In this document: positions 11,440 through 25,305 of the stretch, in pieces
Position numbering within the stretch: the first letter of the stretch is position 1
Layout: each line of letters starts with the position of its first letter
Source of the DNA: Octopus vulgaris
Lineage: Eukaryota
DNA length: 64,000 bases
Assembly (NCBI GenBank): GCA_951406725.2
Contig: OX597823.1
Location: forward strand, 96,224,001-96,288,000
Direction of reading: 5' to 3'
Program-made: the position numbers and the translations under genes
The notes under the pieces: model-generated
What the model saw: the letters and a program-made list of their open reading frames with translations, nothing else
What the model was told of the DNA's origin: nothing
The model's database searches: none

Positions 11440-14400
11440 TGGGTGTCGGTTTGGTGTCTGGAGCGATATAGCTTACCTCATGGGCAGGTAGAAGCTCTTT
11501 AACCTTGGTTGGTAATCTACCTGGGAGTAGGAAGTCTCCGAAATAAAACCCGAGGCCTTGGAAATTCCAGGTTTTGTGAATTTTCCTGTCACGCCGGCGA
11601 AAGTCTTCTTGGGCCAACAGGTGGGAGTAGTGCAGTGCAAGCTACACTCACTGAAAATTATTCATCTGCAAAGGTACTTCTTGTACACCAAATCTTAGTA
11701 AAATATCAGTAAAACGCACTTATAACTTACTCTAAAATGTCTCAAACAGATTCAATAAATGGCAAAAAAAAAAAGGCTTGGGAACGTCAGGGGAACAGGT
11801 CTGGCTCGACAAGAGTCCCAGTGTATCACAGGCTGGGCCCGATCGTCATCCTGCCACTGTGGTCAAGAAAAAGTAAAAATAAACATCCTTTGAATTTCGG
11901 CTGTTGGAATGTGCGCACACTTTTTGATAATTTCAACAAGAAGCCAAAAAGGTGTACTGCACTTATTGCAGGTGAGCCTAAGAAAAATTCCCTTGATATA
12001 GGTGCGCTCTCTGAAACTCGTCTCTCTGGTGAGGGACAAATAAACGAACTTACTTATGGATATACTATCTTTTGGAGAGGGCTACCTGATGGTTAGCATA
12101 GAGAATTTGGTATTGGGTTTGCTCTCAAGAATTCATTAGTTTCCTCCATTGCAGAATTTCCAAGAGGTATATCTGAACGAACCATGTCATGCCATATAAA
12201 ACTGATAAAAGGTAGGTTTCTTACCGTTGTCAGTATTTATGCACCAATAATATCCCATTCTGATTGAAACTGTAGGACAGTTTTATGATGATCTAGCACA
12301 ATTATTGAAGAAAGTACCAATTTCTGACGAGCTGGTCATAATGGGAGATTTCAACGCAAAAGTTGGAAATGACTACGTTTCATGGCCTCTTTTAAGCCGA
12401 CTTGGGATTGGAAAATGTAATAAAAATGAAGTAGTACTTTTGATGTTTGTACTGAGAATAATCTGGTTGTTACCAACACTCTGTTTAAGCAGAAAAATAA
12501 CTATAAAACCACCTGGATGCACCCAAGATCTAAGCACTGGCATCTCATAGGTTATATTTTGATCAGAAAAAGTGATATGAAATATCTTTCTATCGTTCGG
12601 GCTATGAAAAGAGCAGAGAGCTGGACTGACCATCGTCTAGTGCGTGGAAATATAAATTTCTCGATAATGCCTAAAAGCCGACAGTCTGGTCCTAAGGTGC
12701 CCCAAAAGATAAATGTTGCAAAGTTCAAATTACCAAGCAACTGGCAAAGATTCCACAATGCTATAGAAAGTATTAGTCTTGATCCAAACAATTTATGGGA
12801 AGATTTCAAAACAAACGTATTTCAGGCTGCAAGTTCGTCAGTGGGATTTAAATTCCAGAGACTGGTTCTCAGATAGATCAGCAGAAATTCATGATCTTGT
12901 AATTCGTGGAAGACAAAACTTAGGCAATACGCTTCTTTCTCAGTCCTTGATCCCCAACTCAAATGAAGCTTATTAAAAGCAGAAAAGGAAAGTGCAGACT
13001 GCTCTAAGGAAATTTAAACAGGAATGGTGGAATGATAGAGCAAAAGGGGTACAAGAAGCAGCTGATAGAAATGACGCCCAGGGTTTGTACTGTTATGTTA
13101 AGGAGGTATATGGCCCAAAATCGTCTTCAATAGCTCCAGTGAGAACAGGAAATGGTCGTTTGCTTCTGACTGACACCGCTTCTATTCATAAGCGCTGGGT
13201 AGAACATTTTTCTGCACTTTTGAATAGACCATCATCTGCTGACATGAGGATGATAGAAAAAATTGAACACCTTCCATTTATAGAAGAGATGGCATTTGAA
13301 CCAACTCTAAAAGCTCCAGGGTGTGATGGAATCTGTGCAGCGGTCTTGAAATATGGGGTTGACAAAATGCTTGAACTCTTACTGTTGGAGAACTGAGAAA
13401 GTGCCTCGAGACTAGATTAATGCCATTTTAGTCTCCTTGTATAAACCGGGGCCAAAGGTTCGGTGAGATAATTTTCGTGGGATTTCGCTTTTGTTTGTGG
13501 TTGGAAAGGTACTTGCCCACATTCTGTTAGAACGTTTAAATACCTTCATAATTCCAAATATGGTGTTTGAGTCTCAGTGTGGTTTTCGTTTCTCCAGGGG
13601 CACAGCTGATTGTATCTTTACTGTCAGACAATTACAAGAAAAATGCATTGAACAGAATCTTGCCCTTTACCATTGCTTTGTTGATTTGAGCAAAGCATTC
13701 GATACTGTTAATCGAAATGCTCTGTGGCTAATTCTTTTCTACTCTAAGCACAGGGCCCGAAATTTTGGGAGAGGGGGAAAGTCGACCCCGAAAGGATGAA
13801 AGGCAAAGTCGACCTCGGTGGAATTTGAACTCAGAACGTGTAGACAGACGAAATACCGCTAAGCATTTCGGTCGGCGTGCGAATGATACTGCCAGCTCAC
13901 CGCCTTGCTCTGTGGCTAATTCTAACGAAAATAGGTTGCCCAGAAAAAATTTGTCAACATGATCAGGACTTTGCATCAAGATATGAAAGCTTGAGTTAAC
14001 TTTAGTGGTTGGCTCTCTGAATCTTTTGCCGTGGAAAATGGAGTAAAGAAAGGAGACCTTGATGCACCCACCCTCTTTGCAATATATTTTGCTGTTGTGC
14101 TGTCACACGCTTTTCAAAACTCCGAGGAGGGTATTTACATAAAATATTGAACAACAGGTAATGTTTTTAATCTGACCAGACAACTTCAAAACGAAGGTTT
14201 TTACTTCACTCATTAGGGAATTCTTATATGCTGCGATCTAGTCAATCATTGTGAAACAGGTCCGCAATATCTTGTATCTGCATTTAACCCAGCTTGTGAT
14301 GATTTGAGCTTGACCATCAACTTGAAAAAAAAAAAACAAAAAAAAACAGTTGTGATGTATCAACCTGCATGTGGTGTTGTTTGCAAACCCCTAAATTTTC

Positions 14401-15438
14401 TGTTTATGGTAAGCTACTTGAGATTGTTGATTCTTTCGTTTACGTCGGAAGCTCTGTACATGATGGAAATTTGGACACAGAAATATATTTGCAAATTCAA
14501 AAGGCAGCACAAGCATTTGGTAGCTTTGAGTCACGCATTTAGCGCCAACGACGTATAAATAAAAACACAAAATTGGCTCTTTACGCATCATTTGTCTTAT
14601 CATCCCTGTTGCCTTCTTCTGAAACATGTTAGAAGAATTCCACTAAAAAATGCCTTCATCGCATTTTAAACATTAAATGGAGTTCTTTTATTCCAAACAA
14701 AGATGTCTTGCATCTGCGGGCACCACCTCAATTAAAGCTATGATTTTGGGAAACCAAATGAGATGGTGTGGCCATATTGTTCGAATGGCGGATGAACGCA
14801 CGCCCAAACAGCTGTTTTATTGTGAGCTTGCGGAGGGGAAACGCTACCGGTGTAAACCTAAAAAAGAGTTTAAGGACGGCATAAGGACTACCATGGAGTC
14901 ACTTGGAATGGATTCAGAGGACATAGAAACCCTTGCTTCGGATCGAGCTTGATGGCGAACAAGAGTGTGGAGTGGGGTGAAAGCGTTTGAAGCGGCCAAG
15001 ATAACATGTGCAAGACTCAAAAATGATTTAAGGAAGAATGTTACGATTGAGGTGAATCACAATGACCTTTTTGTGAACACAGTTTGTGACAGACAGTGCA
15101 TTTCCTTTGCTGGGCTCAAATCTCATTTGCGAACCCACGGAAAACGAACTTCCATCAACTATTCTGCCTATATACCTATGCACTCCTTTCAATGCAGTGT
15201 ATGGTCTGCAAATTTCAATGCGAGTTCTGTAAATCTAACGGAGGCCTCAAAAGACATTTTAAGATCCAGAAAGATCAGAACTTAACTGCAGCTCTTGGGG
15301 ATCCAAATCGGATGGGAAATCTATGTGGGTTTTTTTCAAAACATTGCCTGGTTTAAAAAGCTACATCAGATGCCATAATGGTTCTAAGGTGTAGGTACAG
15401 GAGGTGGTCAAACTCTGCATAAGGAGTAGACAACAACT
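11440..15438 (+). mobile_element. Near full-length decayed RTE-clade LINE with C-terminal C2H2 zinc fingers
   Basis: APE (LNFGCWNVRTL, ALSETRL, GDFNAKVG, TDHRLV), RT (ESQCGFR, FVDLSKAFDTVNR), RWCGHIVRM, and C-terminal C2H2-like motifs (CDRQCISFAGLKSHLRTH etc.). Many stops and frameshifts. Confidence 0.9.
13736..13905 (-). mobile_element. SINE inserted in the RTE RT domain
   Basis: Perfect 18-bp TSD tgctctgtggctaattct at 13718-13735 and 13906-13923. Confidence 0.9.
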
Positions 15439-15483
15439 ATGTATATGCGTATATGTATGTATGTGTTTATATGTATGTTTGTT

Positions 15484-15517
<34 letters not shown>

Positions 15518-15581
15518 GAGAGAGAAAGAGAGAGAGAGAGAGATGTGTGTATGTACGTGTGTGCGTGTATACGTGTGCATG

Positions 15582-15629
<48 letters not shown>

Positions 15630-16012
15630 TGGAAGTGTGTCCGGTCATCTGTGACTGTAACTGACAACCCACGCTGCTATACACCCACCAGGTGTCACAC
15701 TGTCTCTCACAGCACACCTGCTTTTTTTCTAGTACTCTTCCCTAGCTTTAAACTTAATGTAATCTAATACCTCCTCAACAGGTCTCATCTTACCTATGTC
15801 ACTCTCCCGTTTACTTTCCTTTGTTAAAAATGTCTTTTCTTCTTGTCTACAGTTTATATATATTACTTGTTACGGACATTTAAGAATAAGAACAATCGTA
15901 CCAATGCCTCATTCCCTAACCGAAACGGGCAAATAACAACATGACCGCCTAAACTCAAGATCGAAAAGTTTTTGAGTCATCTAAAAGTTTTTGTGAATCT
16001 TGATGTTGACAT

Positions 16013-16116
16013 AAATTCCTTGTTTTTCCTGATGAGAAAGCGGCATAATGTACTCCTTATTCCTTCACAATTAGGAATATGCAGCCTTCGAAACATATGT
16101 CGAAAATAAAGGAAAT
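16013..16116 (+). ncRNA. Type I hammerhead ribozyme (predicted cleavage after C16101)
   Basis: Stem I ttttc/gaaaa extended by ttcctt/aaggaa, core CTGATGA 16029-16035, stem II gaaagcggcata..tatgcagccttc, GAAA, palindromic stem III A-CATATG-T, GUC site. Confidence 0.75.
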
Positions 16117-16310
16117 TTGTTAATTTGTCGTTCAGCTCCATTCTTTCATTTATTCAAAAATTTTATAAACATACACACAAATTTCCACATGAAAACACGT
16201 AGTCTCTGCCCTAGGCACGTAACTTCAACCGTGTTATTTCTGATGTGAATTTGCTACCCAGGTATCGGTTAAACGAATTATCCATAACAAGATATTTCAT
16301 TTTTCTACTC

Positions 16311-16345
<35 letters not shown>

Positions 16346-16391
16346 CAGAGAGAGAGAGAGACAGACAGGGGGGGAGAAAGATTAATAGATT

Positions 16392-16437
<46 letters not shown>

Positions 16438-16997
16438 CAGACAGAGAGACAGACAGACAGACAGAGAAGGAGGAGTGCCTTTTCAATTTGACGTGGTCAG
16501 TTCATTGAAATTCAATACAAAGCATTTTTCTCTTTTCTTTTTCCTTCTCATTGTATCAACATATTTGTAAACAAACACATTTTCTCACAAGGCTTGGTCA
16601 CCTTTCAAGATGTCAATTTTAGAACGTAGGTTGGGAAAGATAAGGAAAGGGGTGCTGGCGCGGTAATCACTGGGAAATAATAAAAAAAAAAAACAGAGTT
16701 CAAAGTTCAAAGTGCCATGGAAATGTATTTTCCTTTACACTTGTATAGTCAAGTCTGTGTAATTCTATGTTTTGCATGAATGCACATTAAAAATTAGTAC
16801 AACATTCATAAATTAAGAAAATAAAGTCAGAATTAAAAATAATAATTTGGTTCTGTTTATAATTCAATCTATTCTCTATGTACGTTTAATGAAACATCAT
16901 AAATGAGGTTTTTTAAAAATTAATATGTATATTGTATATTTAGCTGGAAGTCACTCTGTAGGATATAAATCATATAATAAATCAGGGCCTGCATATA

Positions 16998-17337
16998 CTC
17001 TTTTACTTGTTTCAGTCATTTGACTGCAGCCATGCTGGAGCACCGCCTTATTCTTTGTAAGCCTAGTACTCATTCTATCGGTCTCTTTTGCCGAAGCGGT
17101 TGTCAAGCGATGTTGTGGGGCGACAAACACAGACGCACAAACACACACACACACACATATATATGCATATATACGACGAGCTTCTTTCAGTTTCCGTTTA
17201 CAAAATCCACTTACAAGGCTTTGGTCGGCCCGAGGCTATAGTAAAAGCCACTTGCCCAAGGTGCCACGCAGTGGAACTGAACCCGGAACCATGTGGTTGG
17301 TAAGCAAGCTACTTACCACACAGCTACTCCTGCGCCT
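16998..17337 (-). mobile_element. CORE-type SINE copy
   Basis: Colinear with 2388-2769. Confidence 0.85.
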
Positions 17338-17717
17338 GCACTTATCGCACAACCACTCATGCGCCTATATTTTTAAGTAACTTTCATCCTTTTGTAGAAT
17401 TTCTTTTTCTTTTTCTTGTTTGCTTGGATAAGAGAATTCAAAAGAGATCTTTTTCACGAATTACTTTGCCAATTAGCTACATTAGATATCTTTTCTAATC
17501 AGTGCTAAAATGAATCTATTATTCTTTCATGGGTACGTGTAAGTTCTAAAAGAACAACTGTTGTCAAAATCCCAATGCTATATATATAGAGAGAGTATCA
17601 CGTTATTATAGAATACTTATAGAGTATCACTTTATTAACATTGGAGACACATTCAAGAAACAACGATAACAGTGTAACATGAATGTTTTCTCTTCATCCA
17701 TCACCATTACTATTAAG

Positions 17718-17803
<86 letters not shown>

Positions 17804-18199
17804 TGCTAATTTAGGCAGAGTGGTAAGGGCACTGGACGATTCCATTGATACCAGTATTTGTGTGGGGCTTTATTTTATTGACCCTGGAGGGATGAAAGGT
17901 AAAGTCGACCTCTGGGATTTGATCTCAGAACATAAACAACTAAAAGTAGAACAAGGCACCTTCTCTGACACTTTAACTCTTTAGCATTCAGATTACTCTC
18001 TCAAATCTAATGCAGGTTTATTCACATTGCTTGGAATTAATCCTGGGATTATCTCGTAGCCTCCAGATTTATTCAGCGGTCAAGTGAACCGTTCATCTCT
18101 TCAGCTAGACCATTCCTTTAGTGTTCTCTGTGCGTGCTCCCCCAGCACTCTGTATGGCAGCTTTTAGCACAGTGTGTGCTCTGTCTAAAAGCTGATCCA

Positions 18200-19400
18200 A
18201 TTTGAACTAGCTTACAAAACAACCACAATTGGACTGGCCAAATATCTCGATATATCGAATGACTGGATGCTAAAGCTCGTGGAAAATCACGAGAGACGAA
18301 AGAAGCTTCATTCTATCATAAAGGAAAGCAAAAGATTTGCTATTGATCTCGTGCAGGATACCCAAACTGAACAACCCGAGGGAAGTACGGTAACTATTGT
18401 TGCAAAGAAGGTGAAAATGATGGCAATGAAAAAAGCGCACGAGCAATTGGCTGATAGGTAGGAGGAGAAACCTCTGCACGGCAAATATGTGACCCGCAGC
18501 AAACAAGCTGATGTTGACCAGAAGCAAACCCATCAGTGGCTACGGAGCTCAGGGCTAAAAGCAGAGAGCGAAGGTTTCATCCTGGCTGCTCAAGATCAAA
18601 GCCTATTAACCCGGAACTACCAGGCCAATGTGATGAAAAATGGAGCAGACCCAAAATGCCGATTCTGCAACGACATGATTGAAACAGTGGACCACCTAAT
18701 CTCTGGATGTAAAGTCTTAGCACCAGTGGAGTATAAATTAAGACATGACAGAGTTGGCCAATATCTCCACTGGCTAATAAGTCGGCATTACAATATCAAA
18801 ACTGTCGACAAGTGGTATAATCACCACCCTGAGGCTGTAACTGAAGGAGAAAATGTAACCATTCTGTGGGACTTTCCAGTACATACAGACCGAACCATCA
18901 AGGCCAATAAACCAGATATTGTTGTGAAAGACCAAAACAATAAAGTTTGCTTATTGATCGACATGAGCATCCCCTGTGATCATAATATCTCAGCGAAAGA
19001 GTTTGACAAGCTCAGAAAATATAAAGACCTACTCATTGAAATTGAGAAAATGTGGCATCTCAAGGCGGTTACAATACCAGTGATCGTAGGAGCACTAGGA
19101 ATGATCAAGAAGGGAACCGAAAATTATATGAGAATGATCCCTGGCTTACCATCCCTGCAAGAAGTGCAAAATATTGTCTTAACTGGTACATCACACGTAT
19201 TGAGAAGAGCATTGTCGATGTGAGAACTGTTGCTGCTCATGTATTTTAATTTAACTTTAAAAAAAAAAAAAAAAAAAATGAACGAACTACTGAGTTTGGT
19301 TTAATGGCCTACCAATATATACTATGAGTTTCTTTGCCCTAGGAGTCGGGAAGACACTCGGCAAGAAATGGAAGCAAATTTGAAAGAAGAAAAAAAAAAG
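18200..19400 (+). mobile_element. 5'-truncated R4/Dong-type non-LTR retrotransposon (CCHC plus restriction-like endonuclease)
   Basis: ORF 18489-19223: CRFC..ETVDHLISGC, RHD, KPDIVV..LIDMSIP..KLRKYKDL. Ends at (TAA)n. Confidence 0.85.
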
Positions 19401-19429
19401 TAATAATAATAATAATGTCGTCCCCCTGC

Positions 19430-22380
19430 TTCATTTTCAAACATTTAATTTTGGAGACAAATTTTTGATGCAGTGTAGCTCCATTGCTTTTCTTGAATTT
19501 TGATCATTTCTTGATCATTTGTAAAAGGGAAAGATTTGGAACTTTCCTTCACCGCATATTTCTAGATGTTTGCTCAGTGGAATCTTGCGCAATTCATCTT
19601 GTCGGATGTGTTGTCTGTGGATTCTTGCACGTTTGCAGAGGGAATTCTTTGTTTCGACAATGTAATTTTCCTTGTAGTTGGGGCAAGTAATGCAGTATAT
19701 GAAATTCTGCGTCTTGAAGTTCATATCTGCATTTACTTTGAACTATAATTCGCCCTTGAATTTCATGTGAGAACCACTTTCTAAGTATTTGAAGTTGTTG
19801 TTGTTGTTGTTGCCTGTTCCACTACTGCTATCTTCACATTCTCTTACGGAGAATTCTGATTCATTCTCTAATGTTAATTTTGCTCTTGTAGTGTTTTCTG
19901 AGACTTTTTGGTTGGCATATACTGTGTTCTAAGTGGTTTTTATCAATCAGAGTTTTCGTTTTGGGGCTTTGTAGAGGTAAAGGTAGGGTTTGATTTTATG
20001 GTGTGAAAGATGTCGACTAACCCAGCATTGGTTAATAGAAACGTGTGTTCATTAATGTTTTTCCTTTGGTGTTCTTAGTTGTAAGATGCTCAGCTTCATC
20101 GCATTTTTAATACCCTCGCTTATTAATTCTAAGGGGTATTTCTCTTTTGTTACGAAGTGCTTGAACTCGTTGAGTCGGATTTTACGTATTTTGGGGCCAA
20201 TCACTATAGTACAGATCCGTCTTACCATGCTGTATGGGATGTTCCTTTAGATGTGTGAGGGATGGAAACAGTAGAAATTCCAATATTGGTGTGGGTCCGT
20301 TTTTTTTTATTATTGTAAAATATGTCTGTTATGACTGTGGAGTTGTGTATTTTTATGTGAATATCCAGGAATGGTAATTCACTGCAACTGGATTCTGTCA
20401 CGAATTTGATGGATTGATGAGGTGAGTTGAGTATATTATTAAATATTTGTAGGTTCTCATTTGATTTGTCCCAAAAGATGAAGCAGTCTTCCAGGAAGCG
20501 TTTCCATTTTTTAATGACGTATTTCTTGCAATCCTGATTAAAAGCTCTTTGTACCTCCTCATAAAACTTTTCTTCCAAGTGTCCCATGACTGGGTTAGCA
20601 TAAGAGAGTGCAAACTGCGTCCCCATAGCCGTGGCCTTTTATCTGTCGATATGTTTTATTATCGAATCTAAAGGTGTTTCTTCTAATACCAGTTGTTGTG
20701 TTGGTGCTTGAGGACCAGCACACTATTGATCTGTTTCAGGTCAGTAGGTCTTAATATTTTTATGTATTGGTTCCTCTGCTCATTTATGGCTCTATGTATT
20801 TCGGGGCTTTCGTGGATTTTGGGTAATCTGTAGAAATTGTTCTCTTTGATTACAGAGTTGCATGAATAATCCTTCTCCTTCTATGTGAAGGAATCTTGTT
20901 GTTGTTGTTGGTGGAGGTTCCTTCTCCCGCCATGCCTGGCTCATAAAGGCTGGTTTCATTGGCGTATAGGTTCCCCACCTGGACGGGACACCAGTCTGTC
21001 GCAGGTGAGCTGCAAGATGCATTAGGGAAGAGTGAGAGAAAGTTGTAGTGAAAGATTCAGCAGAAAATCGCCATTGCCTTCTGCCGTAATCGCACGAAGC
21101 TTAGGTGTTTCACTCATAAACACACACATCGGCCGGCCTGAAATTCGAACCCATGATCCCTCGACCACGGATCCACTGCTCTAACCACTCGGCCATGTGC
21201 CTCCACTGAAGGAATCTTGGCATTCATTAATTAAAGTTTTGATTTATTCATTATTGCGTTTTCCGGGTGTCTTGGTTCTTCCTTGTAAGAGGTTTAGTCT
21301 GTTAGAATTTCCAATATTCTGTCTTTACAGTAGTCTTTGTCCATGATTACTCTCACCTATTCTTACGACGACTGAGTTGTCATTCTTCAGTGTTAGTAAG
21401 GCTTCCTCTTCTTCTTCACGAATGTTTTGTTTGCATTTACGGGTACTTTGGGGAAATTTCGAAATTGCGTCTGTATATGCATCAAAATGTTTGTCATTCC
21501 CCTTGTATGAGGTTAAGTGGGATTTATTTCTGACTATTGATTCATCAAATATATCCTTATTGCTGAAGAATTCTATAAGTCGCAGGTAGCGGTTAAAATG
21601 CTCAATATTAGCTTTTAGTTCAGTGACATTAGGGGTAGGTGTCAGGGTAAATTTGAAACCTTTCAATAGGCGGTTCATCTCATCCTTGTTGAGGTTTCTA
21701 TTTGACAAACTTATGATCTTCGGGTCTACATGTTCTGTGTGCTAATTAAAATTTTATGTTGCGTAGAGTTTGGCGCGTGATTGTGGTATTTTCTCCATAA
21801 AAAGTGAATTGTATTACTGTTTCCATTATTTTGTTGTTTCCGGGTTTCTGGTTCCCTCGGAGGTGAGGGGATGGTTCATGTTCTTTGTATGTATTTCGTT
21901 GTCCATAGGTTCTGTCTTTTTCCCATCTTTTATTCATTGGGTCATTTAAGGAATTTGGAACTATTGGTCGTAAATCGCAAGTTTCTTGTGTTTCCATAGT
22001 GATTATTTATATTACGCTCTTTGTGTTGTCCATATTTTTCTTGTCCTTCTTTCTATGTAGTCATCCATCTAAGGTACGTTGTATTATGAGTCGGTGGTTG
22101 TCTGTATGTTATGTGTCTGTCCTGTCTTTTTCCCCATGTATTCAACCATCTAGGGTGTTTGATATTACGCGATGAGGGTTGTCTTCTATATTCCATGTGT
22201 TTCTTTATTGCAGAGTTATACTTTGGTATTGCAAAATGTGGGTTTCCAGTCTGCACTTGGGGTGGATTGGGGGGTCATCTCCACACATGCTCTTGGATGT
22301 CTTGAGGTTCGATACCTTAGTCTTGTTCCTCTCGAGTCGGTGTCTATGTTTGTTTCCTAGTATTTTTTGTTGTTGTGGAT
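19430..22380 (-). mobile_element. Decayed near full-length Penelope-like element (RT plus GIY-YIG)
   Basis: N-terminal NLSNRNL..LLKGFKFTLTP (21325-21708), RT MGT.FA.SYAN..MG / WKRFLEDCFIFW (20222-20626), GIY-YIG YCITC..YI.ET..R..H (19515-19724). Confidence 0.85.
20899..21206 (-). mobile_element. tRNA-derived SINE (V-SINE-like central domain) inserted in the Penelope element
   Basis: 13-bp TSD tgaaggaatcttg (20886-20898, 21207-21219), A/B boxes on the minus strand, gactggtgtcccgtccagg motif, (AAC)n tail. Confidence 0.8.
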
Positions 22381-22433
22381 TCGTTTTCATAATGTATACA
22401 CACACACACACACATATACGTATATATACATAC

Positions 22434-22492
<59 letters not shown>

Positions 22493-22879
22493 CATATATA
22501 TGTATACATACATATATATATACATACACATATACATATACACATACACACGCACACGCATACATATATACACACATATATGATGGTCTTCTTTCAGTCT
22601 CCATCTACCAAATCCACTGGCAAAGATTTGGTCAGCCATGTGGCCCTAGTAGAAAGCACTTGCCCAAGGTGCTGCTAAGTGGGACTGAACCTAAGACGAA
22701 ATGGTTGAGAAGTAAGCTTCTTATCCAGATAAACAAACTTGTGTCTAAATTATAACATTTGAATACAAAGAAACAGAAAAAGGAAAAGAAGGTAAGAAGT
22801 GGGGGAAGGGTAACGCTACAGAAGATGTAACTAAATTTAAATGAAAGATCAAAGAAACCTATTTTGTATATTTTCCTAG

Positions 22880-23102
22880 GTGTGCTATTCCTGGTTACGA
22901 CAATGACACGTATAAAATCCAAAGTGAAATCCATGAAGAACTGATCAACGAATATATTCCAAAGAGTGAGGATGAAGGAGAGGTGGTTTATGAAAAATGT
23001 TTGATATATTTCAATAGCACTGAAAATGGAAATCGAACGACACAGAAGTGCAGTTCTTGGGTTTATGATAAAACCAACACACACACCTCAATCACCAGTC
23101 AG
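22880..23102 (+). CDS. SLC22/organic cation transporter-like gene, extracellular-loop exon (first visible exon)
   Basis: ag|G..CAG|gtaagg; encodes (R)CAIPGYDNDTY..C..KCSSWVYD..TSITSQ, the typical SLC22 large loop. Confidence 0.9.
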
Positions 23103-23171
23103 GTAAGGTTATTTTGCAGCTCGCACGCCACATACAAGGTAATCTATATATTCTTCTATCTACCTACCATA

Positions 23172-23261
<90 letters not shown>

Positions 23262-23270
23262 CGCTATCTC

Positions 23271-23373
<103 letters not shown>

Positions 23374-24090
23374 GTCTGTCTATCTATTTATCTGTCTGTC
23401 TATCAACTCAGTTGTCTATCCATCTCCCTACCTATCTCATATCTACTTTTAAATTTACTTTGTCCACAAGCCCTAGACTTTTAAAACGTTTATTTCCACG
23501 AACCATTAAAGCCTTTATATCTGTGATCCTTTAACCTGTGACCCTTTATATCTGTGATTCTTTATATCCCCCAACCTATTACTGTAAATTAAGCCTCCTT
23601 CGACCCTGCTCCCTTTTATTATATTCTATATCGTTTCACTTTATTTTCTTTAATTTCCCTTCTATATTGAATCTTCTGTTTTAATTTACTTCCCATCTTC
23701 CGCTCTGCCAATCCTACGAACAGCATTACCCAATTATCTTATTAAAGTATATGAGTGTATATACAGAAGACGAAGTATGACAATATTGTTCAGTCAATTA
23801 ATTTATAAGACGTCGGTTAAGAAGTAACTCTATTTTTCGTGTCATGCGTTGCAAGTATCATGTTAATATCGATTTGACCAAAAGCAAAGTACTCACAGTA
23901 TTCTGGTTGGAATAAGGTAGATATGTGTAAAGGTCTCTGAGGTAAAAACATGGTTGAAATGTTAAACAAAGAATGTAGGTTAGCTAAGCTCTGGTTCTCG
24001 AGTGACTCTTCTTCAACCATCTGGCTTATCAATTAAGACTTGGTCAAAGTATTTCATTTCAGCTCCGTTCTCTTTGACGTCCTGACAATC

Positions 24091-24144
<54 letters not shown>

Positions 24145-24202
24145 TGTGTGTGTGTGTGAGAGAGAGAGTGTATGTGTGTGAGAGAGAGAGTGTGTGTGAG
24201 AG

Positions 24203-24282
<80 letters not shown>

Positions 24283-24474
24283 CGCGTCCACACAACCACC
24301 GGAAAATATAGGTGTGTACTGTCACGCCAACTAGTGGGACCTGTAAAACGAATATTGGCGTAAGAATCCAGTTCTCTGCAGAAACAAGAAAAGGGACGTA
24401 ATTCAGCTGACATCCCCTATACTACAGCGAACTACTACAAAGTATACACGAATGTGTTTGTGTGTGTATGTGTC

Positions 24475-24523
<49 letters not shown>

Positions 24524-24904
24524 GTGTGTGTGTAAAGATGTTTGCCATGATCATGAAAAACATGCAAGTTGTTCATGGAAAGAAGTAAAGATAACCTCTT
24601 CAAATCTTGAATATTGAATATTTTAATAATCTAAAAGTTATTATTTTCGCTTTGGTTGCGACAAAAGACATTGTGATTAACAGCTTTAATAATACAAACA
24701 TTGAAATGTTATATGAAAGAAGCATTCAGAAATTGTTGCTGTGTGAATCCATACAATTTCATGGCGTCTGCACTTTATAAAAAGCGCGTGTTGTAATATT
24801 TAACGTTAGACCAACTTCTTTTTATTCGTTGCTCAATAAAATGTTGCTTGAGACATTGCAACCGTCACAGATAAGCATTTCCCACATGACCATAAATATA
24901 ATTT

Positions 24905-25107
24905 CTCTTTTACTTGTTTCATTAGACAGTGGCCATGCTGGGGCATAGGTTGAAGAATTTTAGTTGAACGAATCAACCTCAGCATTTATTGTTTTTTTTT
25001 TATAAAGCCTAGTACTTATTCCATTGGTCTCTTTGACCGAACTGTTAAGTTACGGAGCCGTAATCACACTGACACTGGTGGTCAAGCAGTGTTGGGGTCA
25101 AACACGT

Positions 25108-25145
<38 letters not shown>

Positions 25146-25305
25146 TTATTACAGGCTTCATTCAGTTTCTCTCAACCAAATCCACTCACAAGTCTTTTAT
25201 CGACATGAAGCTATAGAAGGCACTTACCTAAGGTGCCATGCAATGGGACTGAACCCAGAACCATGTGGTTGAGAAGCAAACGGTTTACCAAACAGTCACG
25301 CCTAC
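24905..25305 (-). mobile_element. CORE-type SINE copy
   Basis: Colinear with 2388-2769. Confidence 0.75.

Noticed and set aside
11440-11620. HDV-like ribozyme in the RTE 5' UTR
   Set aside because: Expected for some RTE elements, but I could not assemble the nested double pseudoknot by eye
18489-19223. 244-aa ORF as a host or domesticated nuclease gene
   Set aside because: Upstream in-frame stop and truncation, plus related copies in the window, indicate an ordinary retrotransposon 3' fragment
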